In this document: piece after piece, positions 46,406 through 54,870 of the stretch
Position numbering within the stretch: position 1 is the first letter of the stretch
How the letters are laid out: each line of letters begins with the position of its first letter
Assembly (NCBI GenBank): GCA_028712365.1
Contig: JAQTQE010000002.1
Location: 22,366-86,365 of the forward strand
Direction: 5' to 3'
From: a bacterium
GTDB lineage: Bacteria > CAYTYR01 > UBA6262
DNA length: 64,000 nucleotides
Notes under the pieces: model-generated
The model's database searches: none
What the model saw: the letters and a program-made list of their open reading frames with translations, nothing else
What the model was told of the DNA's origin: nothing
Program-made: the position numbers and the translations under genes

Positions 46406-47341
46406 TCATTGTTGCTGCTTCAGATTTTGCAGCCTTTGCCGCGATTTATCTTCTTCCAGATGTTTTATATTCTCAACCGCCTGGGAAACCTGGGCCGCGA
46501 TACCAGACAGCATATTTACCTGATCCGTGCTAAAAGCGTTAACCTTGCTTTTATTGATCAGAATAATGAACCCGAGGATAATATCCCTATTGATCAACGG
46601 CGAAGCAATAAGAGAAGTTCCATACAAAGGCGAGTTTGAGTTTAACTTGAATCGATCATCAGTGGCCAACTCTTTAACCAGCAAATGTTCCTTATGCTCC
46701 AGCAGGTATTTAAAAAGAGGATCCCTGCTATCCAGGAACAACCGGTCCACTTCTTCCTGCGGCAAATTAATCTGGGATTGGACCTCATACTCCCTGATGA
46801 ATTCATTCCAGACCACCACCAAGCCTGCTTCAGCAGAATCTGTCGCTTCCATCAATTTATGCAGTACCATCATGCAAGTTTTCTTCAAATCGTATAAAGA
46901 AGCGACTATTTTACCAGTTTCATAGACTGTCACTAATTCATGGTCGGTTTGCCGTAGCCGTTGCACCAGTGTTTCCAGCAGCCTGAAAATGAAGACTTGG
47001 GCAGCTTGCAAATTATTATTAAGCAATTCCTGGAAACTATTACGGGAAAGCACGTAGACTATCACTTCGCCTTTGGCTACAGCCGAAGCTGAACGGGGAC
47101 CCTGATCGATCAAAGACATCTCACCGAAAAAGTCGCCGGACTGCAGGATAGCCAGGACTTTCAACTTGCTGATCGTTACTTCACCCTGCTTAATGACATA
47201 AAAAGTATCGCCAGCCTGGCCCTCGCTGAAGATCACTGCTCCGTCATTATAGTGTTTTTCCTCTATCTTGACGGCAATAGCGGTAAGGATGTCTGCGGGT
47301 AAGTCACTGAATAGAGGCAAATATCTTAAATCAGGCAACAT
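46406..47341 (-). CDS. cNMP-binding + GAF domain protein without output domain
   Basis: IFSEGQAGD, GDFFGEMSL, PRSASAVA; then SLIASPLI...LGFIIL...FSTDQVNML...AVEN. Confidence 0.85.
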   Translation of the reverse strand: MLPDLRYLPLFSDLPADILTAIAVKIEEKHYNDGAVIFSEGQAGDTFYVIKQGEVTISKLKVLAILQSGDFFGEMSLIDQGPRSASAVAKGEVIVYVLSRNSFQELLNNNLQAAQVFIFRLLETLVQRLRQTDHELVTVYETGKIVASLYDLKKTCMMVLHKLMEATDSAEAGLVVVWNEFIREYEVQSQINLPQEEVDRLFLDSRDPLFKYLLEHKEHLLVKELATDDRFKLNSNSPLYGTSLIASPLINRDIILGFIILINKSKVNAFSTDQVNMLSGIAAQVSQAVENIKHLEEDKSRQRLQNLKQQQ

Positions 47342-47344
47342 GAA

Positions 47345-48412
47345 TTATACTCCTGACATTCCTACATAGCTTTTGAGTTGTTCGGCATTATGGGCTTTGC
47401 TGACTGCTTCTTCCAAAGAAATCATGCCTTCTTTTATCAAATGATGAAGAGCCCGGTCCATACTGACCATTCCCAGTTTGGTTCCGGTTTCAATAGCATT
47501 ATAGATCAAATGGGTTTTACCTTCACGGATGAGATTGGAAATAGCCGGGACATTGAACATTAATTCCCTGGCGGCGACCCTGCCTTTGCCGTCTTTACGC
47601 GGTAATAATTGTTGTGAAATAACCGCGCGCAGGGCTACGGACAATTGCATTCTAACCTGCTGTTGCTGATGTGGCGGGAAAACATCAATGATGCGATCAA
47701 CGGTTTGGGCCGCATCGTTGGTATGTAAAGTGGCAAATACCAAGTGCCCTGTTTCTGCGATTGTAATGGCCGCGGAAATAGTTTCCAGGTCGCGCATTTC
47801 ACCGATGAGCACTACATCCGGATCCTGGCGCAGTATATGCCGCAGAGATTCGGCAATAGAATGAGTATGCGTTCCCACTTCTCTTTGGGTAACGACACAA
47901 TTACCGCTTTCGTAGACATATTCTATCGGATCTTCGATAGTGATAATGTGGCCTTTTCTCTCGCGGTTGATCATTCCTAATAAAGAAGCTAAAGTTGTTG
48001 ATTTACCGCTGCCGGTAGCGCCGGTTACCAGGACCAGGCCGGAATTAAGCTTGGTTAGATCGGTGATGTTCTGTGGCAGCCTGAGATCTACCGGATCGGG
48101 AATGGTAGCGGGAATGATCCTTAAAACCGCTCCCAGACCGTCCTTTTGGCGCAATAAATTCACCCGGAACCGGCTGATCTGTTGCAGCTGGAAAGAAGTG
48201 TCAAGCTCCCATTTTTGCTCGAAGAGAACCTGCTGTTCATTGCCTAGCAAAGCGTAAATCATTGTCTTAATATCAATACTGCTGAGCGCCGGTAAATTAA
48301 GAGGCAGCATTTCCCCGTTGATGCGATTCATTGGCGGCTTGCCCGGGGTTAAGTGGATGTCACTGGCGTTTTTTGCCACGCTGGTTTTTAAGATTTCAAA
48401 AATATCAGCCAT
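47345..48412 (-). CDS. pilT: Type IV pilus retraction ATPase
   Basis: ASDIHL, GATGSGKSTT, TIEDPIE, LRQDPD, GEMRD, ETGHLVFATLHT, AIRNLIRE-like AISNLIRE. Confidence 0.93.
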   Translation of the reverse strand: MADIFEILKTSVAKNASDIHLTPGKPPMNRINGEMLPLNLPALSSIDIKTMIYALLGNEQQVLFEQKWELDTSFQLQQISRFRVNLLRQKDGLGAVLRIIPATIPDPVDLRLPQNITDLTKLNSGLVLVTGATGSGKSTTLASLLGMINRERKGHIITIEDPIEYVYESGNCVVTQREVGTHTHSIAESLRHILRQDPDVVLIGEMRDLETISAAITIAETGHLVFATLHTNDAAQTVDRIIDVFPPHQQQQVRMQLSVALRAVISQQLLPRKDGKGRVAARELMFNVPAISNLIREGKTHLIYNAIETGTKLGMVSMDRALHHLIKEGMISLEEAVSKAHNAEQLKSYVGMSGV

Positions 48413-48430
48413 GTTATCTCCTTCGGAGTA

Positions 48431-48500
48431 AATCCTAATTTCTAAACTCTAAATACTAAACCATGAAAATTCGAATTTAGATCTTAGAATTTCGAGTTTG
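48431..48500. repeat. 7-nt periodic inverted junction element
   Basis: AATCCTA ATTTCTA AACTCTA AATACTA AAC ... TTCGAAT TTAGATC TTAGAAT TTCGAGT TTG. Confidence 0.8.
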
Positions 48501-48505
48501 TTTTA

Positions 48506-48850
48506 TCAACCGGGGGGCCATTGCAGTTTCCTGCCCCCTAACATGTGCAGATGGATGTGACTGACTGCCTGACCGGCATCTGCTCCGTTATTAATGACCA
48601 GCCGGAAACCGCTTTTCTCGATCTTGTATTCCTTAGCCAGTTTTTTGGCGATCAGGTGGAGATAACCCATGATCTCACAGTCCTGGCCGGATAAATCACT
48701 AATGGAAGAAATATGCTTTTTCGGGATAATTAAAATATGAACCGGCGCTTGCGGCCCGATATCGTGAAACGCTAAAACTTTATCGTCTTCATAGGCGATT
48801 TTTGCCGGGATCTTCTTAGCGACTATTTTACAAAATAAACAATTAGTCAT
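48506..48850 (-). CDS. Histidine triad nucleotide-binding protein (HinT-like)
   Basis: CLFCKI, HDIGPQAPVHILIIPK, HIHLHMLGG; start MTNCL with SD AAGGAG. Confidence 0.95.
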   Translation of the reverse strand: MTNCLFCKIVAKKIPAKIAYEDDKVLAFHDIGPQAPVHILIIPKKHISSISDLSGQDCEIMGYLHLIAKKLAKEYKIEKSGFRLVINNGADAGQAVSHIHLHMLGGRKLQWPPG

Positions 48851-48863
48851 ATTTTTCTCCTTC

Positions 48864-48898
48864 AACCCGCAACTCGAAGCTCGCTAACTCGTAACTGT
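48864..48898. repeat. Solo heptamer arm
   Basis: AACCCGC AACTCGA AGCTCGC T AACTCGT AACTG between a stop codon and an SD. Confidence 0.6.
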
Positions 48899-48900
48899 GT

Positions 48901-49590
48901 TTACACGTTAAACTTAATTTCAATAATATCGCCATCCCGGGTCAGGTATTCCTTTCCCACTGTTTTAAGAAATCCTTTGGTCTTGGCTTCCTGCAAGTTA
49001 TGACATTGCATCAGGTCGTCATAACTGACGATATCGGCCCGGATGAAACCGCGAGCCAGGTCAGTATGTATCTCGCCGGCGCACTCTACGATCGTACTGC
49101 CTTCAGGGAAAGGCCAGGCATGGACTTCCTTTTTGCCAACAGTGTAGAAAAAGAGAACTCTGGCTTTATGCAAGACCTGCTGGATATATAAATTAGTATC
49201 CTCCAGCTTGGACGCTACATAGGTGGGTTTCCAACTAAGCGGAGCCAAGCCGCGCATAATAACGGTTTCTTCCGCGTCAAAAGGGACATTGCATAAAGGC
49301 TGTTCCAGTTCCAGGGCTTCCTGACATTTCAGGAGCAAAGCTTTTTCTTTCGGATCCTGGGTTTTAGCCAGGCGGCCTTCTATCTTTTCTATGTCTTGGA
49401 TAAGCAGGTCCAGCAGCTTTTCATATTTGATCAGGATAGCGTCAACATTAAGCATCTCATCTTTGACAAACTCGGCAAAGAACGGTGTTTCTTTTTGCGG
49501 CTCGAATTTATCCACCATTTTCTTGAACCGTTCATCTTCGTACTTTATTTTTCCTTCCTTTAAATCAAACCCAACAAAGCCGATCTTCAC
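48901..49590 (-). CDS. YchF/DUF933-like protein lacking NTPase motifs
   Basis: YchF C-terminus FYTVGKKEVHAW...AGEIHTDLARGFIRA...GKEYLTRDGDII; N-terminus lacks GxxxxGKS and DxxG; GTG start. Confidence 0.8.
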   Translation of the reverse strand: MKIGFVGFDLKEGKIKYEDERFKKMVDKFEPQKETPFFAEFVKDEMLNVDAILIKYEKLLDLLIQDIEKIEGRLAKTQDPKEKALLLKCQEALELEQPLCNVPFDAEETVIMRGLAPLSWKPTYVASKLEDTNLYIQQVLHKARVLFFYTVGKKEVHAWPFPEGSTIVECAGEIHTDLARGFIRADIVSYDDLMQCHNLQEAKTKGFLKTVGKEYLTRDGDIIEIKFNV

Positions 49591-49609
49591 TTATACCTCC
49601 TAATAGAAT

Positions 49610-49725
49610 ATGTCTATGGTTACAGGTTGTGGACGCCAGTATGGTCATTTGGCTATAGTCTTAGGTCCAAACCAAGTACCTTAGACATACTTCCATACCT
49701 ACTTCTAAAACCTACACCTTACTTC
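49610..49725. repeat. GAAGTARG-unit junction element
   Basis: CATACTTC CATA CCTACTTC TAAAA CCTACA CCTTACTTC; related to 41893-42010; overlaps the DUF4416 stop. Confidence 0.7.
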
Positions 49726-50243
49726 AATTGCTGTTGGTAAAGTTTCCTGATGTGATTGAAAATATTAATATATTCCTGCGTGGCATAGTCTGGATAAGTC
49801 CATTCCCAGGGAGTAAAGGAACCATTAGTATACCGCAGGGTCACTTCTCCGAAAATTCCCTGGCCCAGGTACAAGCGATGCTGGTGATCTTTAGTAGTGG
49901 CCAGCACTAGTTTGCCATATTCCAGGTATCCTGGATCAAGGTTGATGGCACGGTGTTGCCGGTTTTGGCTTAATATAAATTCCAGTTTATTGGTCTGTCG
50001 TTTGATCAGGATCAGTTTGTCCGGCAAGATCAGCCGCTTAAACGAAATAAACCGGCGTTGCAGGTTCCGGCCCATCTCTTTTTCATAATAGGATGTTTTA
50101 TCAAAGGGAACTATATCGCTGGTAAAGTCAGCCGGACCGTATATTTTTACCAGGTGCAGCGCAGCCTTTCCAAAAAGCGCAGGATCCCCGGCGATCATCC
50201 CGATAATCAATTTTACTTTTTCTACTTTCCTGATCGCTCCCAT
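49719..50243 (-). CDS. DUF4416 family protein
   Basis: YYEKEMG, IKRQTNKLE, NLDPGYL, LATTKD..HRLYL, WTYPDY. Confidence 0.85.
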   Translation of the reverse strand: MGAIRKVEKVKLIIGMIAGDPALFGKAALHLVKIYGPADFTSDIVPFDKTSYYEKEMGRNLQRRFISFKRLILPDKLILIKRQTNKLEFILSQNRQHRAINLDPGYLEYGKLVLATTKDHQHRLYLGQGIFGEVTLRYTNGSFTPWEWTYPDYATQEYINIFNHIRKLYQQQLK

Positions 50244-50251
50244 AGAACCTC

Positions 50252-50433
50252 AAGTACAAATACTAATTTCGAATATCTAAATTCTCCCCTGCTGATCCCG
50301 ATAAATCGGGATCAAAGACGCGAGGACAGGTAAACAATATCAAATGTCCTAATATCAAAACTAAAGCATGTATTTGTTTGAGAAATTATAATTTTGGATT
50401 TGTTTAGTATTTCGATATTAGATATTAGAATTT
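50252..50433. repeat. 7-nt periodic inverted element with nested 46-bp hairpin insert
   Basis: AAATACT AATTTCG AATATCT AAATTCT [insert 50286-50331] AAAC ... GTTT AGTATTT CGATATT AGATATT AGAATTT; insert has the perfect stem TGATCCCGAT/ATCGGGATCA. Confidence 0.8.
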
Positions 50434-50439
50434 ATCTTT

Positions 50440-52098
50440 TTATTGCTGCAGCGTATATTTCTGCAGTGTTTTGGGCACGTACCACTTAGTGAAATTATGA
50501 CCAATACCGATAGGTTCGACTTTGATATCCTGGAAACGTTTATCGACCGCGATCAACGAATCACGAACATAGAGAAAAGCATATGGCTGGTCTTCCGCTA
50601 TCAAGGCGTGCACTTTATGGTAGATCTTCATGCGTTCTTCCCGGTCGAATGTTTTTCTTCCCAGGGCCAGCAGGATATCTACCTGGGGATTCTTATAGGA
50701 AATAAAATTATATTCGCCTTCCTTGGTCTTTTCAGAAGACCAGATATCGAAACAATCAGGATCAGGGGTCATGCTCCAGCCTAACAAGATGGCTTCAAAA
50801 TTCTTTTTATCTATGTATTGGTGGATCAAAGTACTCCACTCCAGTATCCGCACATTTACTTTGATCCCGACCTTCTTCAATTGTTCCTGAATAATGGTAG
50901 CGGCTAGTTCGCGTTCTTTGTTACCCTGATTAGTGAGAATGGTAAATTCAAATACTTTGCCTCCCTTTTCCAGGTACCCGTCTCCGTTGCTGTCTTTCCA
51001 GCCGATACTGGCCAGCATAGCCCTGGCTTTTTCCGGATCATAATCATAAGGTTTTACCGCCGGGTTGTAAGCCCAGGAGCGGTTCGGGAATGGCCCCGTG
51101 CAAATAGTGCCCATAGACTGCAATGTGCCGTCGATTATTTCCTGGCGGTTGATCGCATAGCTGAGCGCCTGCCTGGTCCAGCGGCTATTTTTAAAAAGAG
51201 GATTATTAAGATTGTAAGCCAAATACGTATAATTAAACGAAGGATACCGGAACCGGTTGATCCCTTGCTCAAATTCCGGATCATTGGCCTCTTTGACATA
51301 CATATCCGCGGTCAAGCTCATCATATCAATAGTATGGGTTTTCAGCGAAAGCAGCTGTACTGATTGGTCAGGAATGATCTGGTAAATATATTTGTCAATA
51401 TAGGGACGGCCTTCAAAATAGTCGGGGTTGGATTCCAATACAACTTTTTGTCCGGTGCGCCATTCCTTGAATTTGTATGGACCGGTCCCGATGGGAAAAC
51501 GGTTAAAATCGCTCTGGTTGAATTCTTCCGCAGTCATTTCACCAAAAACGTGTTTTGGCAGTATGCCCATTCCCCAGGATTCCAGGGCCGGGGCAAAAGG
51601 CTCTTTATACGTGACAGTGACCGTAAAAGGATCCGGGGCCTCTACTTTAGAGACCAATTGGAAATTGCTGGAGAAAGCGGTCTTGATGCCAGGATCGATC
51701 AGTTTCTGGTAAGTAAAGATCACGTCTTCGCTAGTGAAGGGAAACCCATCGTGCCACTTGACGTTTTTTCGCAAAAAGAAAGTGATGGTCAAACCATCTT
51801 TGGAGACATCCCATTTTTCCGCCAGATCCCCTGCCAGTTTAATATCTTTATCATATTTTACCAGACCGTTGAATACCAAGTCGATAATATCGAATGAAGA
51901 ACTATCCGAGGCCAGGATCGGATTTAAAATACTCGGCTCCCCGATGGAACCGTAAATAATGGCATCCCCGTAAACCGGTATACTTTCCACAGTCGCTAAT
52001 CGCGAGCCTGGCCCATTGCTATGGTTTTTCACGAAATAAATAACGGTAACTCCGACCAGAGCAATTAAAATAAACACGAGCAGCATCTTCTTAGTCAC
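50440..52098 (-). CDS. oppA: Peptide ABC substrate-binding protein (OppA/AppA family)
   Basis: LNPI, VFNGLV, LAEKW, FLRKNVKWHDG, PIGTGPYKF, RQALSYAINR; GTG start. Confidence 0.9.
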   Translation of the reverse strand: MTKKMLLVFILIALVGVTVIYFVKNHSNGPGSRLATVESIPVYGDAIIYGSIGEPSILNPILASDSSSFDIIDLVFNGLVKYDKDIKLAGDLAEKWDVSKDGLTITFFLRKNVKWHDGFPFTSEDVIFTYQKLIDPGIKTAFSSNFQLVSKVEAPDPFTVTVTYKEPFAPALESWGMGILPKHVFGEMTAEEFNQSDFNRFPIGTGPYKFKEWRTGQKVVLESNPDYFEGRPYIDKYIYQIIPDQSVQLLSLKTHTIDMMSLTADMYVKEANDPEFEQGINRFRYPSFNYTYLAYNLNNPLFKNSRWTRQALSYAINRQEIIDGTLQSMGTICTGPFPNRSWAYNPAVKPYDYDPEKARAMLASIGWKDSNGDGYLEKGGKVFEFTILTNQGNKERELAATIIQEQLKKVGIKVNVRILEWSTLIHQYIDKKNFEAILLGWSMTPDPDCFDIWSSEKTKEGEYNFISYKNPQVDILLALGRKTFDREERMKIYHKVHALIAEDQPYAFLYVRDSLIAVDKRFQDIKVEPIGIGHNFTKWYVPKTLQKYTLQQ

Positions 52099-53431
52099 TA
52101 GTGCCTCCAGAGTAAGTATCCAGTGGTGGAATAAGTTGTATCTTAGTCAGGTTATTATCGTTTAAATAAGCTTTAGCGACTCTGGCTATGTCATTGGCCG
52201 TGACTGCTTTCAGGTCGGCTAAATATTGGCTGTCGTATTCATACCCTTTCTGTAACAATTCGTAAAATCCCAGATAAAAGGCGATGCTCTGGTTAGTCTG
52301 ATGACTAAGCAGGTATTGGCCGGATAAGTAAGTTTTAATATTATCCAGTTCCTCTGCCGGGACTGGAACAGTTTTTAGGCGGTCAATCTCTTTCATGACG
52401 GATTCCTGCGCCTGTTCCATATTAAATATGTTTAAACCAAGATATATGCACAAAGTACTGGTAAAAGCCCGAGAGGGATAAAAAGAATCCAACTCATAAG
52501 CCAATCCTTGCTTTTCCCGCAAATTGACAAAAAGCCGGGAATTCATTCCCCCGCCAAGCAAGGTGGCTATAATCTTGAATACAGGATAATCTTGTGAAGC
52601 TACAGATGGCACCAGGTATCCCAACATCAGGTAGGCTTGCTTGAATTTAGTCTCATTGGATAATTCCTGGATCTCAAAGCGCTGAGGCGTGGCCGGAGCC
52701 GCGCTCAATGGCTGTAGCATTAAAGAGGCTTCTGCTAATGCCGGGAAATACTGCTCCAATTGTTTGATGATATTTTCCCGGTCAATATTGCCGACTACTA
52801 CCAGGATCATATTTTCCGGCCGGTAGTAGCGCTGGTAGAATTCCATGATCTGGTTCCGGGTGATATTCTGTACCGTCTTCTTGTAACCGATCACCGGCTT
52901 ATGATAAGGGTGTTCACCATACATTTGTTCATGCAACAGGTCAAAAGCCACCGTAAAGATGGAATCCTCACGGGTCCTGATAGCCGCTAAAATATTCGCT
53001 TGTTCTTTTTCCACTTCTTCCTGGGGGAAGGCCGGGTTCAGGACACAATCAAAGAAGACATCACTGAGTGGCGCGAAATAGTTTTTAAAGACCGTAGTGC
53101 TAACCAGGGCATAATCTTCGTCACAAGAACCATTGATCGAAGCCCCGAGCGATTCAGACTCTAAGGCGATCTGCTTGGCTGAACGAGTGGTCGTACCTTT
53201 ATAGAGAAGCTGCTGGATAAAATTGGCTATCCCCGCCTGGTTTTTATCTTCCCTGAAAGCTCCTGCTCTGACAAACAGGTCCAGGGCTACTACCTCACTG
53301 TTTTGTTCATACTGGTGTATAAGCGTAAGGCCGTTGGGAAAAACAGTCTTGGTCGGAGCATTAGCCGCGGCTAGCAACCCCGGTGCAAAAGTCAAAATAG
53401 CGAAACAGGAAAACACAATTAGCTTTTTCAA
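52091..53431 (-). CDS. M16 peptidase, catalytically inactive subunit
   Basis: HxxEH replaced by NFIQQ; GGGMNSRLFVNLREKQGLAY. Confidence 0.88.
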   Translation of the reverse strand: MKKLIVFSCFAILTFAPGLLAAANAPTKTVFPNGLTLIHQYEQNSEVVALDLFVRAGAFREDKNQAGIANFIQQLLYKGTTTRSAKQIALESESLGASINGSCDEDYALVSTTVFKNYFAPLSDVFFDCVLNPAFPQEEVEKEQANILAAIRTREDSIFTVAFDLLHEQMYGEHPYHKPVIGYKKTVQNITRNQIMEFYQRYYRPENMILVVVGNIDRENIIKQLEQYFPALAEASLMLQPLSAAPATPQRFEIQELSNETKFKQAYLMLGYLVPSVASQDYPVFKIIATLLGGGMNSRLFVNLREKQGLAYELDSFYPSRAFTSTLCIYLGLNIFNMEQAQESVMKEIDRLKTVPVPAEELDNIKTYLSGQYLLSHQTNQSIAFYLGFYELLQKGYEYDSQYLADLKAVTANDIARVAKAYLNDNNLTKIQLIPPLDTYSGGTSD

Positions 53432-54759
53432 TTTTTCTGCCCCATTTCCGGCAGTAGTAAGATGGAGGTGAAATTATGGCCTAAATATTTTTTTGCCACT
53501 CTCAAGATATCTTGCTTAGATACACGTTTGATCTCATCCAGGTATTTAAGAGCGTAATCATACTTGGCGATGCTGGCATAATAACCAAGAGTGTTGGCTT
53601 TATCCGCTCTGGTCTGGTTGTCCAGGATGAATCCCGCAGTCAGCATTTGCTTGGCTTTGGCTAATTCTTCATCAGGTACTTCTACGAGGCTAAACCTGCT
53701 GATCTCCGCCATGATGGCACTGGTTACTTCCGGGATCCGGTTAGGAGGATAGAGCGCATTTATTTGGAAGATGCCGTTACCACGCTGGCTCAAGAAACTG
53801 CTGCTGATATTATAGACAAGCTGTTTTTCTTCCCGTAAAGATCCATTTAAACGGCTAGAACGACCTGCTCCCAACATTGTGGCTAAAAGGTCCAGCGCAT
53901 ACTGGTCCCGGTGGTCAATGGCTGGTCCCAGAAAACCGATCATATGGTAAACCAGGTTCACTTGGAACGGCAATTCGATCTTTCGCGGGAACGGGTCATC
54001 ATAAGATTCAACGATAACCGGGGCAACTTTTTTTATGACTGGTTTGCCTTTGGGAGCCGTAGGGAACAATTCATTTATCCTGGCCAGTGCTTGTCCCTGG
54101 GGAAAGTCACCGGAAATAATTAAGGTCATGTTTTCAGGTTTATAATTCTTGCTATAGTACTGTTGCAGCGTTTCCCGGCTTAAAGATTTGAGGTTATCGG
54201 CAGTGCCAAGGATTGTCATGCGGTACGGTGCTTGCCTGAAAATAGTTTCATTGAATTTATTCCAAAGGTAAGCTTGCGGTTCATCATTCTGCCGCTGGAT
54301 CTCTTCAATCACAACCAATCTTTCCTTCTCTAATTCTTTGGCGTCAAAGCTGGCATTCTGCACCATGTCAGCTAAAATACTGACTGCTTCGCTCCAATAA
54401 GCGCCGGGCAAATTTATATAATAGTAAGTGAAATCTTTTCCTGTCGCCCCGTTGATCATCCCACCTTTTGATTCAACCGCTTCTTGAATGGAATTGACCG
54501 GCCTGGTAGCTGTACCTTTAAATAACATATGTTCGATAAAGTGGGAAATACCGTTGTTTTCATGGGTCTCATTACAAACTCCTACTTTTAGCCAAACCTG
54601 GACTGAGACAATGGGCTTGGTAGTGTCCGGCAATAATAGTACGGTTAAACCATTAGCCAGTTGTTTTTGCGTTAATCCGGTGAAAAGACCGTCGGCTGGC
54701 AAAGGGGCAGGCATTGAAAGCAATAGAATGGTAAAAAGGAAAATTATTTTTAATTTCAT
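53428..54759 (-). CDS. M16 zinc peptidase, active subunit
   Basis: GISHFIEHMLFKGT, NGATGKD, ERLVVIEE, SSRLNGSLREEK. Confidence 0.9.
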   Translation of the reverse strand: MKLKIIFLFTILLLSMPAPLPADGLFTGLTQKQLANGLTVLLLPDTTKPIVSVQVWLKVGVCNETHENNGISHFIEHMLFKGTATRPVNSIQEAVESKGGMINGATGKDFTYYYINLPGAYWSEAVSILADMVQNASFDAKELEKERLVVIEEIQRQNDEPQAYLWNKFNETIFRQAPYRMTILGTADNLKSLSRETLQQYYSKNYKPENMTLIISGDFPQGQALARINELFPTAPKGKPVIKKVAPVIVESYDDPFPRKIELPFQVNLVYHMIGFLGPAIDHRDQYALDLLATMLGAGRSSRLNGSLREEKQLVYNISSSFLSQRGNGIFQINALYPPNRIPEVTSAIMAEISRFSLVEVPDEELAKAKQMLTAGFILDNQTRADKANTLGYYASIAKYDYALKYLDEIKRVSKQDILRVAKKYLGHNFTSILLLPEMGQKN

Positions 54760-54767
54760 ATCTAATT

Positions 54768-54796
54768 ATTATATGTATTATTACCTCAAAAATCAA
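54768..54796 (-). promoter_or_regulatory. sigma70 promoter, near-leaderless
   Basis: TTGATT, 17 nt, TATAAT, 8 nt to ATG; no SD. Confidence 0.6.
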
Positions 54797-54810
54797 GCAA
54801 AAAGGAAAAT

Positions 54811-54841
54811 AAAAAAGCACGGGAAAATACTTCCCCCGTGC
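54811..54841 (-). terminator. Intrinsic terminator
   Basis: GCACGGG/CCCGTGC stem followed by U6. Confidence 0.75.
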
Positions 54842-54870
54842 GCTGATATTGTTTTAGCTGGGCAAAAAAG

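Noticed and set aside
47345-48412. Type IV pilus locus
   Set aside because: Only pilT is present; no pilB, pilC or pilins in the window.
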